DNA from: a virus
Lineage: Duplodnaviria > Caudoviricetes
Virus record (IMG/VR): IMGVR_UViG_3300013121_000017
Span: 160,001 to 224,000 of that record
Length of the DNA stretch: 64,000 bases
Strand: one strand, 5' to 3'
Both the position numbers and the translations under genes were made by a program. A model generated the notes under the pieces. That model saw only the letters and a list, made by a program, of their open reading frames with translations. It ran no database searches and was not told the DNA's origin. Below, in pieces: positions 55,023-63,114 of this stretch; position 1 is the first letter of the stretch, and each line of letters starts with the position of its first letter.

Positions 55023-56681
55023 TTACTTCCTCAGTGGTAGTTTTTCAGGAACCACGATCCTTGGGACTTCGCCGGGCCGTAGCTTCGATGCAACGACGAT
55101 CAGCATAAACCCTTGGTACGATTCCTCAAACTGGTCACGTCTTAGTGGCCTGATCGGCTCCCTGAGCAGGCCAAGTAGGATCGGGTCGTTGGACAATTTC
55201 AACAGCCCGTCCAGATCCTTGAAGTTCAGGGCGAACTCCCTTGCCACGTCTTCCTTGTTCATCAGGTGTTCGAGGTAGTTGTCGTAGATGAGGCCATAGC
55301 TCTTCGAGAGAGCCTGGGTTTTCATGCCGTTTGTCAACGCCACGGCGTCCTGATAGATCTGCATGTCCTTCGTAACTTGACGTTCCAGATCCGATCCGAA
55401 CAAGTCTTGCACCTTGTAAGCGTCCTGCTCCTTGGTTATTAGCAACTGAATGCTGTCGTGGTTCGGGTTCCACTTGTTCAAAGCCCTGACTTCGTCGTCA
55501 ATGGTTTTGATTCCTTCGCTGTGACACACGATGCAGGATCTAGCACTTCTCACGACGCGATCCACCGCAGAGTTGTCCAACACAATGTTAATAGGAGCCT
55601 CATCTTGTCTCCCTCCGTTGCCGTCTGCCAGGAAGTAAGCCTGAAGTCCATTCGGCAAAGTACCGATGTATTCTGATGCGTCGTGCTTGTTGTCCAGCAG
55701 GTTGAGCAACGCCTTGTTGCCCTTGATGCTGTTCAGTACGTCGAAGGTTTCCCAGTAGTAGCCGCCGGTGAAGGTCGGGCTACGCTGTACTCTTCGGTTG
55801 TTTCTGGATATACCAGACATCACGATGACGGCACGGTCCTGGCTGCGAGCTTTCTCAGCCAAGGCTAGGTCCGTGAACACCAGCTTCTGAAAGTCCTCTA
55901 CCTTGTTTCCGAGGTTCAGGAAGTTGTAGTACGCTGGAGCCAGGGTTGCGTAAGTGATGAACCAATCCGCTCTAACAATCGGGGCTTCCGACTGAGTCAG
56001 CTTGATGAAGTCCGCCATTACGTCGGCGTTGATCCAGGGCGGCGATACCAGCTTCTCCTTCTTGATATTCTGCTCGATGGGAACTTGAATCTGTTCCTCG
56101 ATCTCAACGTCCTCTTTGACCAGCCGCTTCTCGTAATACGGTTGTCCTGTGTTCTGGTAGACGCCTACCTGTACGAGCTTTTCGACCTGTTTCGTTACTG
56201 TTTTCTTCTGGGTGATCGTCTTGAACTTGACCTCGGCCTTGTCCACGATCAGTGTGTGGAAGTAAGGTTCTGGGAATGGTCGAGGGCCGCTTCCTTCGCG
56301 GGCCAGTTTCTCCCAGGATTCTGGATTCCAGTCATAGTCCTTGATGTTGATGCGGATCACAGTTTTCTCACTGGCTCCGACAAACACAGGGATGTAGATC
56401 TTTCGCCTTGTCCCAAGCGAGTTCACCACGAACGATACAATTTTTGCGTACTCGTCACGTTTGGCAGCCGGGATGTTGTGCAGCGAAAGATAGCGAATGT
56501 ATGGCTGTTGTTCGACCGGCAGAGTCTTCAAGTCTGCCAGGGCGAAGAACACAGAGCTTTCTGGCGTCCATAGCTTCTCCTCGACAACAGGCGGCGGACC
56601 ATCAGGTTGCTGTGCCTGTACAGACAGAAGAGCGGTAAGGCCAAGGGCCAGTAGCATGATGCCACAAAACAGTTTCTTCAT
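55023..56681 (-). CDS. Secreted protein with a c-type haem motif
   Basis: Signal peptide; SE.I..LPNGLQAY, SCIVCH. Confidence 0.75.
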   Translation of the reverse strand: MKKLFCGIMLLALGLTALLSVQAQQPDGPPPVVEEKLWTPESSVFFALADLKTLPVEQQPYIRYLSLHNIPAAKRDEYAKIVSFVVNSLGTRRKIYIPVFVGASEKTVIRINIKDYDWNPESWEKLAREGSGPRPFPEPYFHTLIVDKAEVKFKTITQKKTVTKQVEKLVQVGVYQNTGQPYYEKRLVKEDVEIEEQIQVPIEQNIKKEKLVSPPWINADVMADFIKLTQSEAPIVRADWFITYATLAPAYYNFLNLGNKVEDFQKLVFTDLALAEKARSQDRAVIVMSGISRNNRRVQRSPTFTGGYYWETFDVLNSIKGNKALLNLLDNKHDASEYIGTLPNGLQAYFLADGNGGRQDEAPINIVLDNSAVDRVVRSARSCIVCHSEGIKTIDDEVRALNKWNPNHDSIQLLITKEQDAYKVQDLFGSDLERQVTKDMQIYQDAVALTNGMKTQALSKSYGLIYDNYLEHLMNKEDVAREFALNFKDLDGLLKLSNDPILLGLLREPIRPLRRDQFEESYQGFMLIVVASKLRPGEVPRIVVPEKLPLRK

Positions 56682-56700
56682 TCGTTTTCTTTCGGATTGC

Positions 56701-56724
56701 GGTGGGGGACGCAAGTCCCCCACC
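56701..56724 (-). terminator. Intergenic hairpin
   Basis: GGTGGGGGAC-GCAA-GTCCCCCACC. Confidence 0.55.
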
Positions 56725-56737
56725 TATGCCAGTCGTA

Positions 56738-57382
56738 TCAGGCGACGACAACGCCGGTGTGAACCACCGGATCAGTTGCCTTCGGCTTGATCGCGTTCAG
56801 GATGGCCTGGATCAGTGCTTCGATAAGTTGCGGGCCATACTTTTCCAGAATGACCGGGAGCAGCTTTTCGAGCAGCGTTGAGATGATGCTTGCGTCAAGC
56901 TTTGCCTGGGCCGACATCACTTCGCCGGCTTTCGGCTTGATTGCGTCGAGAACCATCTTGATGAGGTACTCGATCAGTTGCGGGCCGTACTTCTCAAGGA
57001 TCAGCGGCAGGAACTTCTCCAGCAAGGTCGTGATCAGGTTGGAGTCCAACCCTTCCACGATCTGGCCGTCGATCACGACGCCGGTCTGAGGCGAGCCGTC
57101 AACTGACAGTGGAACCTCGGCGATTGCCATGTTCCGTGTGAACAGATCCTGAAGGAACTGAAGCACGGTCGGGCCGAATTTGTTGAATGTGTCCATGATC
57201 CACTGGATGGTGAACCCGCTACGAGCGAGTTCTACCAGCAGGGCAAGGACATCCGGGCCGAACTTCTCCAGAATGTCGGCCACAGCACCGCTATCAAAAC
57301 CGAAGTCTTGGGCGGAAGCCTTCAGGATGTCGATCTGTTCGACCGACATCGCGCGAACTTCTTGGTTAGACATGTCTATCAC
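56738..57382 (-). CDS. Helical repeat protein (four K[F/Y]GP repeats)
   Basis: Internal ~40-aa duplication. Confidence 0.7.
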   Translation of the reverse strand: MIDMSNQEVRAMSVEQIDILKASAQDFGFDSGAVADILEKFGPDVLALLVELARSGFTIQWIMDTFNKFGPTVLQFLQDLFTRNMAIAEVPLSVDGSPQTGVVIDGQIVEGLDSNLITTLLEKFLPLILEKYGPQLIEYLIKMVLDAIKPKAGEVMSAQAKLDASIISTLLEKLLPVILEKYGPQLIEALIQAILNAIKPKATDPVVHTGVVVA

Positions 57383-57400
57383 CTTTTTCTAAGTAAGTGT

Positions 57401-58243
57401 TCAACCAGTCACAACGGGGACATCGTCCTCGGTGTTTTTGTCCTGCGGGTCATCGAACGCCGCTTGGATTGCGAATGCGTCAGGGTGCATCTGGCTGAAG
57501 TGTTCCCGACGAAGGTATGCGTGTCCCTTGATGCCGAATCTTTCGCCCCAAGAGTTTTGGATCTTGATCAGCCATCCGTAGCGTGGGTGCTTCTTGAGGC
57601 CGACGCCCAGGATGCAGTGACCGCCGCCGCCACTGGTGCGGAGCGGGCAGACGCCCTCGGAATCGACATTCGAGAAGTTGTCCCCGACCATGATGCCCAG
57701 TGGGCAGCAGAAGCCGAGGTTGATGGCCTGACAGATTTCATCGAAGCTGTTGCACTTGAACGCCAACGACAGTCGGAACCGCATGGCGGCGTCGTACATC
57801 TGCTGCGTGAACTGGCTCTGGTACATCACTCCCTGTCCCAACATTCCGTTGGGGCATGCACCATAACGCTTCAGAGCCATCAGGCCGTTGGAGATCATCG
57901 CGCCGGCATCCCGCCCGCCGTTGATCAGGCCGTAGGTGAAGTACGGCGTGAACTCTTGGGCTGGGTTGCCCAGTTGTTTCCACACCAACTCCATACCTGA
58001 TGCACAACCCTGGCCCACACACGAAGACGTGCTGCCCTGGTTGAGGATTCGGTTTTTGTAAACGACCGCAAGGTCGATCTCCCGCAAATCGTGCTGTGCC
58101 TGACCGAACAACTGATCGCCGAAGTTGGCGAAGTCGTGGTTGTTGTCAGACGGAATGCAGCCGAGAACGCGGTATTCGCCGTCGAATTTGATCGCCGGCA
58201 GTCTGCTGATTGAAAGTGGGCCGATTGGATGCCTCATGTTCAC
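57401..58243 (-). CDS. Papain-like C1 cysteine peptidase
   Basis: NQG..SSC, GHC..GVG, QNSWG. Confidence 0.9.
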   Translation of the reverse strand: MNMRHPIGPLSISRLPAIKFDGEYRVLGCIPSDNNHDFANFGDQLFGQAQHDLREIDLAVVYKNRILNQGSTSSCVGQGCASGMELVWKQLGNPAQEFTPYFTYGLINGGRDAGAMISNGLMALKRYGACPNGMLGQGVMYQSQFTQQMYDAAMRFRLSLAFKCNSFDEICQAINLGFCCPLGIMVGDNFSNVDSEGVCPLRTSGGGGHCILGVGLKKHPRYGWLIKIQNSWGERFGIKGHAYLRREHFSQMHPDAFAIQAAFDDPQDKNTEDDVPVVTG

Positions 58244-58980
58244 CTCACATACTTGTTCAGGATTGCGATGACATCTGCGTCCGTCCTCGGGACCAGAAGT
58301 TCGGTGGGGTTAAGCACCGCACCGGCCTGGGACTGGAGAATCATGGTCGGACCACCGCCATTCTTCGTGACCAGCCCGTCGAGTTTCTTTGCCGTAACAA
58401 CAGGCGACGACTTGTCGTAGATCCTCATGAACCCACCCTTGTCGCTGACCGTCTTTCGGAGGGTCGCACTGTTGAGCAACGCTGCCAGTTCTGGAGTGGC
58501 ATTGTTCATGTCCACCACGAACGTAAGGTGGAACTTCCCAGCAACCGGGGCCGGCGGGTTAGGTCCGGGCGGCTGTGGTCCAGGCGGGGTAGGCCCGTTA
58601 CCACCAACTTGAATTGAAGTTCTCACGAACTCGGTCATCTTGCCGTCAACCAACCCGACCGCAAACACAGTTACGACCGTGCCGGGCTGAGTTGGAACAG
58701 AGACGATGATTGAGTTGGTTGAGTCGTTGGAAACGTATTTGACTTTTACACTGCTGATGACCAGCCATTTGACTGATCCCTTGCAGGTAGCTGTGATGTT
58801 GACGAAGCCTTCATCAGGGGCGACAACTTGGTCCGGCGTCAATTCAATCCCGGTAGCCTTGTTGGCCGACGCGATTGGTGCTGGCGGTGTTGGCGGACCC
58901 TCTTGGGCCGACACAGTTGCGCCCATGAGTGCCAAGGCAACCAAGCCTGCCATCAAGCCTGCGGCTATTCTCTTGATCAT
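58240..58980 (-). CDS. Secreted protein with a Pro-rich linker
   Basis: Signal peptide; beta domain, PGP linker, alpha/beta domain; GGAGGAG RBS. Confidence 0.75.
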   Translation of the reverse strand: MIKRIAAGLMAGLVALALMGATVSAQEGPPTPPAPIASANKATGIELTPDQVVAPDEGFVNITATCKGSVKWLVISSVKVKYVSNDSTNSIIVSVPTQPGTVVTVFAVGLVDGKMTEFVRTSIQVGGNGPTPPGPQPPGPNPPAPVAGKFHLTFVVDMNNATPELAALLNSATLRKTVSDKGGFMRIYDKSSPVVTAKKLDGLVTKNGGGPTMILQSQAGAVLNPTELLVPRTDADVIAILNKYVR

Positions 58981-59099
58981 GGGTTCTCCTCCTGTCATGG
59001 GATTTTTCTTGAAATGCGGCGTGACCGCCTTCGGGTAATAGCACTTGTATGTATTCAGCAGATTCTGTTTTGTCTTCTTGGCGGGTTGCTATAATAAGG

Positions 59100-59274
59100 G
59101 TGTGCGGGACGGAAAACCCTGCACGCCAACCGTCGAGTCGTCTTGACGGCAGGCGACATAACTGACTCAAAAAAGGTCAGTTGTGTTCGTCGTTGGTTCT
59201 CCTTGTCAAGTTGTCGCATGCAGGGCAACTAGGGTTAGCCGGGTGGGCCTAAAGCCTGCTCGGCTAATCTTTTT
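59100..59274 (+). ncRNA. Candidate ~175-nt sRNA with an anti-SD segment
   Basis: Extended -10 TGcTATAAT at 59087-59095, serial hairpins, terminator at 59235-59274. Confidence 0.5.
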
Positions 59275-59298
59275 GGTAGTTGACACTCCTGTGTCTAT

Positions 59299-60621
59299 AT
59301 GGAAGAAAAAGCACGCTCTCTCATCGAGGCTTTCATTCGTAAAGACCTCAGTCATACATGCCAGATCTCAGTCGTCGGCGACGTGATGTTGGACGAGTAT
59401 TATGATGTTTCGGTGAGTCGAATTTCCCCAGAATTCCCTATCCCAGTCATGCGGTCACAATCTGACCGATGTACCCGCGTCCCAGGTGGTGCGGCAAATG
59501 TGGCTCTTCAATTCTCTAAGTTCAACACACATGTCTTCCTGACCGGCATCACTCATGATGTCATGCCGCTCATGCCTCTGAAGAAGATCACAAACCACAG
59601 CCCCCTGGACTGCGGGTTAGTCATCCCGGTCAAGAAACGCTTCTACCAGGGGGATTTCCCTGTGGCACGCTGGGATGTCGAGGAACCATGTTACGGTCAG
59701 ACCTCGCTGTGGATGTTCGATGACTTTGAGCTTCAGAGGACTGAGGTCACAGTCTTCAGTGACTACAACAAGGGCATTTTCGACAAGCCTTGGTACAAGC
59801 GGTTCCTCAAAGACCGCCTTACCATCGTTGATCCCAAGCACGATCTAACTCGCTGGGAAGGCTGCACCATCCTCAAGCCGAACAGCGTCGAGGCAGCCGC
59901 ACTCACCGGCGAGAAAGATTGGAAACGACAGGCAGAGAAGCTGAAGAAGATTGTTGGCTGTCGGGACGTGGTCATCACTCAGGGGTCCGAGGGCGTCGTG
60001 GGCATTACCCCGGCTGGTTTCTTCGAGTATCGCCCGAGTCGGAAGGACGAGGTGAATAGTGTGATTGGGGCCGGGGATTGCTTTATTGCGTTCCTGGCGA
60101 TGGCTGTGGCACACGGTATGTCCACTTACGAGGCTGCAATTATCGCGTATGAGGCGGGAGCCGTGTACGTTCAGAGTAAGCACAACAGGCCGTTGAAGCC
60201 TGCGGAATTGCTCGCACGGAAGGGTGGTAGTCAAGTCGTCTTTACAAATGGCTGTTTCGACTTGTTACACGCCGGACACATTCAGACCCTGGAATTTGCC
60301 AAGGATCAGGGTGATTTGTTGGTGGTGGGGATCAATTCGGACGAGAGCGTGAGACGTTTGAAGGGCGACAGCAGGCCGGTAAACAAACTGGCCGACCGCA
60401 TCCGTGTGCTGTCGGCCATGAAGTGTGTTGATTGTGTCGTTCCGTTTGACGCCGACACTCCGTTGGACCTGATCAAGTACGTCAGGCCAGACATCATCGT
60501 CAAGGGTGGGGACTATCGGGCCGAGGAAGTGGTCGGCCATGATTTGGCCGAGGTCATCATCGCCCCGATGTTGGCCGGGCTTTCGACCACCAGCTTGATT
60601 GCGAAAACGAGATCCAACTGA
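59299..60621 (+). CDS. hldE: Bifunctional heptose kinase/adenylyltransferase
   Basis: GDVMLD..RISPE.P.PV, GAGD, FTNGCFDLLHAGH, KGGDY. Confidence 0.92.
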   Translation: MEEKARSLIEAFIRKDLSHTCQISVVGDVMLDEYYDVSVSRISPEFPIPVMRSQSDRCTRVPGGAANVALQFSKFNTHVFLTGITHDVMPLMPLKKITNHSPLDCGLVIPVKKRFYQGDFPVARWDVEEPCYGQTSLWMFDDFELQRTEVTVFSDYNKGIFDKPWYKRFLKDRLTIVDPKHDLTRWEGCTILKPNSVEAAALTGEKDWKRQAEKLKKIVGCRDVVITQGSEGVVGITPAGFFEYRPSRKDEVNSVIGAGDCFIAFLAMAVAHGMSTYEAAIIAYEAGAVYVQSKHNRPLKPAELLARKGGSQVVFTNGCFDLLHAGHIQTLEFAKDQGDLLVVGINSDESVRRLKGDSRPVNKLADRIRVLSAMKCVDCVVPFDADTPLDLIKYVRPDIIVKGGDYRAEEVVGHDLAEVIIAPMLAGLSTTSLIAKTRSN

Positions 60622-60625
60622 TCTC

Positions 60626-60964
60626 TCACTTGTGGTTCTCGCAGCAGCCCTTCTTCGTGCCGCACTCCTTCTTCGGGTCTTGGTTCTGCTTGCCTGGGCA
60701 TGCCTGACAGGAACACTTCTCGCACTTGCAGCCGCCGACGCAGGTGCAAGGGTTGCAGGTGCAAGCCTTCTTGCCGGGGCATGACTTGCAAGCACAGTTG
60801 TCGCACTTGCAGTCCTTACAATCGCAATTCTTGCAGTCGCACTTGACCGCATGTGCGGCGTGAACGCCGAGTGCCTTCTGAACGTCAGGGCAATACTTTA
60901 CAGCCGCCCCCATGCCGACCAGACCCAGGACTACGCCCAGGACTAGGATTCCTAGTGTCTTCAT
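60626..60964 (-). CDS. Membrane-anchored or secreted metallothionein-like Cys-rich protein
   Basis: Hydrophobic N-terminus followed by many CxC motifs. Confidence 0.7.
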   Translation of the reverse strand: MKTLGILVLGVVLGLVGMGAAVKYCPDVQKALGVHAAHAVKCDCKNCDCKDCKCDNCACKSCPGKKACTCNPCTCVGGCKCEKCSCQACPGKQNQDPKKECGTKKGCCENHK

Positions 60965-61032
60965 CTTTGCTCCTTTGATTGGGTGTTGGGCGACTGAGTC
61001 GCCTACATACCCATACTGTAGTGGTCGGAGTT

Positions 61033-61314
61033 ATGAAAATGACCAAGAAGCGGTATTCACGCCAACAGATCAAGAAGCTCTTTGAGAAGAAATGCTACTT
61101 CTGCGGCGAGGACAATTACGACCTTCTCGATGCTCACCGGATTATTCCTGGCGAGCAGGGCGGTAAATACAACGACCACAACATCCTCGTCATTTGCAGC
61201 AACTGTCATCGCAAGTGCCACGCAGGAGTGATCAAGATCGACCGGAAGTACATGTCCACGACGGGCAGGTGGGTGCTTCACTACTGGATAGACGGAGAGG
61301 AAAAGTGGGCATGA
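61033..61314 (+). CDS. HNH endonuclease
   Basis: CYFCG..DAHRI..N..ICSNCHRKCH. Confidence 0.82.
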   Translation: MKMTKKRYSRQQIKKLFEKKCYFCGEDNYDLLDAHRIIPGEQGGKYNDHNILVICSNCHRKCHAGVIKIDRKYMSTTGRWVLHYWIDGEEKWA

Positions 61315-61541
61315 TGACCTTCGCAGAGTTCATGGCGCTTGACGAACAGAGCAAGCGAGTCACGCTCTACGGTATCGGCAAGAACCGTAAGAAGGATACT
61401 TCGCGTACCCCTGGCCGTCTTGGTGTTCTATTCAAGGCTGTCAATCCTGCCGATCTTGGCTTGCCTGTTGTCTGGAAATTCAACGCGGGGCGACTCGGTT
61501 ACAAGACCAAGAGAACCGGAGTCGTTGGAAAACCAAGATGA
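61311..61541 (+). CDS. Small basic protein, possible internal head protein
   Basis: MMTFAEFMALDE start; ATGA overlap. Confidence 0.6.
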   Translation: MMTFAEFMALDEQSKRVTLYGIGKNRKKDTSRTPGRLGVLFKAVNPADLGLPVVWKFNAGRLGYKTKRTGVVGKPR

Positions 61542-61714
61542 CAAAACCCTGCCACAAGTGCCGCCGCCACAAAGCTCCTGTCCCAATTCCTATCCCGCAG
61601 CAACCTCCAGCCAAACGCGAAGAGGCTCCCAGACTCGAACCGCCCAATCTATCGGGCGACATTCGTCGTGAAATCGTCGGCAAGACGATTCGTATTCGTT
61701 TGAAGAAAGACTGA
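61538..61714 (+). CDS. Small hypothetical protein (58 aa)
   Basis: ATGA overlap; MTKPCHKC start. Confidence 0.45.
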   Translation: MTKPCHKCRRHKAPVPIPIPQQPPAKREEAPRLEPPNLSGDIRREIVGKTIRIRLKKD

Positions 61715-61731
61715 CCGCTATCTCCTTTACG

Positions 61732-62319
61732 GTGATGATTTACACCGGAGAAGGCTTGCGGGTCATGATTTGCACATACCCGACGCCATACCACCATTGG
61801 ATGTCTTTCGCATGCTATTCCAGCATGCGTCATTTCCTGCCCGACGCCAAGATCGAACTTGCGGTCTTTGGGCGTAAGGGCTTTTTCTACGACTGGGCCT
61901 ATCGACTGCTGCTGAATGTGGTGCGTCGTCCAGATGTTTTAGCCGCGCCGCTGATCGAGGCCGAGCCTGGAATGTTGGTTGTGACTTCCGAGTGTGTGGC
62001 TGTCGAGCCTTGGAACGACGACATGTTGTCGAGGAGTTTGGTGAACCGCACAGGCACGGCTTGTTTGAGGCGTGACAAAGAATGTGAGATCAGCAATGTT
62101 TTGTGCGAGGATGCCAAGTACGACGGGTATACGCCACTGGTAAATGTGGCCGGCGGGGTGGGAGGGTTTGTCCCGAAGGACTGGATAGATAAGAGCGTTT
62201 GTTTCCTGACCTACGTCAATCGATTTAGGACGGGCAATGAAACGCAAATGGAACTGGCGGTGTTTGAAGAATGGCAGCGTGCCACGATGCTTGCATCCAG
62301 CCTGGGGCTTAATCAGTGA
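61732..62319 (+). CDS. Hypothetical protein
   Basis: ORF. Confidence 0.6.
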   Translation: MMIYTGEGLRVMICTYPTPYHHWMSFACYSSMRHFLPDAKIELAVFGRKGFFYDWAYRLLLNVVRRPDVLAAPLIEAEPGMLVVTSECVAVEPWNDDMLSRSLVNRTGTACLRRDKECEISNVLCEDAKYDGYTPLVNVAGGVGGFVPKDWIDKSVCFLTYVNRFRTGNETQMELAVFEEWQRATMLASSLGLNQ

Positions 62320-62325
62320 GGACAA

Positions 62326-62589
62326 ATGAAGAACGACGAACCGGAGTTCGGCTACTTTGAGGAGCCGGATATTCCCGACGAGCAGTTGGAAGCCATGATC
62401 GAAGAAGAGAGCAGCTACAAGGAGGAAGAGCTTCGTTTGACCCACGTTGCCCTGAGACACCAACTGCTAGAGAAAGCAAAAGCCTTCGTGAGCGAGGGCG
62501 TGCAGTGGCGTATGAAGCCACTGAAGCAACGATTGGCCGAGCTAACCGTAACGTACAGGATGATGACAAAACTAACCGAAGACGAGTGA
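62326..62589 (+). CDS. Hypothetical protein
   Basis: GAGGA RBS. Confidence 0.6.
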   Translation: MKNDEPEFGYFEEPDIPDEQLEAMIEEESSYKEEELRLTHVALRHQLLEKAKAFVSEGVQWRMKPLKQRLAELTVTYRMMTKLTEDE

Positions 62590-62640
62590 AGACGACGACC
62601 ATGTTTTCACCGCACTACAATCAAGAGCGAGGAGCGAGCA

Positions 62641-62940
62641 ATGCCGATGTATGAGTTCGAGTGCAAGAAGTGCCAAGAAAGGTACAGCGACCTGACAAAG
62701 TGGGACGAGACTGATGTTTACCCAGACACTGTCTGCCCCAAATGTGGTTCCGACAAGAAGACGAGACTGATGAGTTGCTGTGCGCCGATCCCGAACAAGG
62801 ACAGTCACGATCACAGGTTTTGGAGCAAGATCGAAAAGGATCGCGGAATCAGGGAGGCAGCCGAGGCGGCACAAGGTCCGGCTCCTTACAACTCGATTGA
62901 TGACATCAGCAGCGGCCAGTTCTTCGGGGAGGTTGAATAA
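62641..62940 (+). CDS. FmdB family zinc-ribbon protein
   Basis: MPMYEFECKKC..CPKCGS..RLMS. Confidence 0.85.
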   Translation: MPMYEFECKKCQERYSDLTKWDETDVYPDTVCPKCGSDKKTRLMSCCAPIPNKDSHDHRFWSKIEKDRGIREAAEAAQGPAPYNSIDDISSGQFFGEVE

Positions 62941-63114
62941 TTTTGGGGAAACGACTTGCATCAGGGGCTACCTTCGGTCTAGTATGAATTGAAGGTGGCC
63001 TTCAATCCAAAGACGAGAAAAGACACCCCCTTCTTCAGGACACGATGACTATGAAGACTAACGAAAACAACTCCGTCCAACCCACGATGGTCGTGCCGGC
63101 GAGAAGGAGACAAC

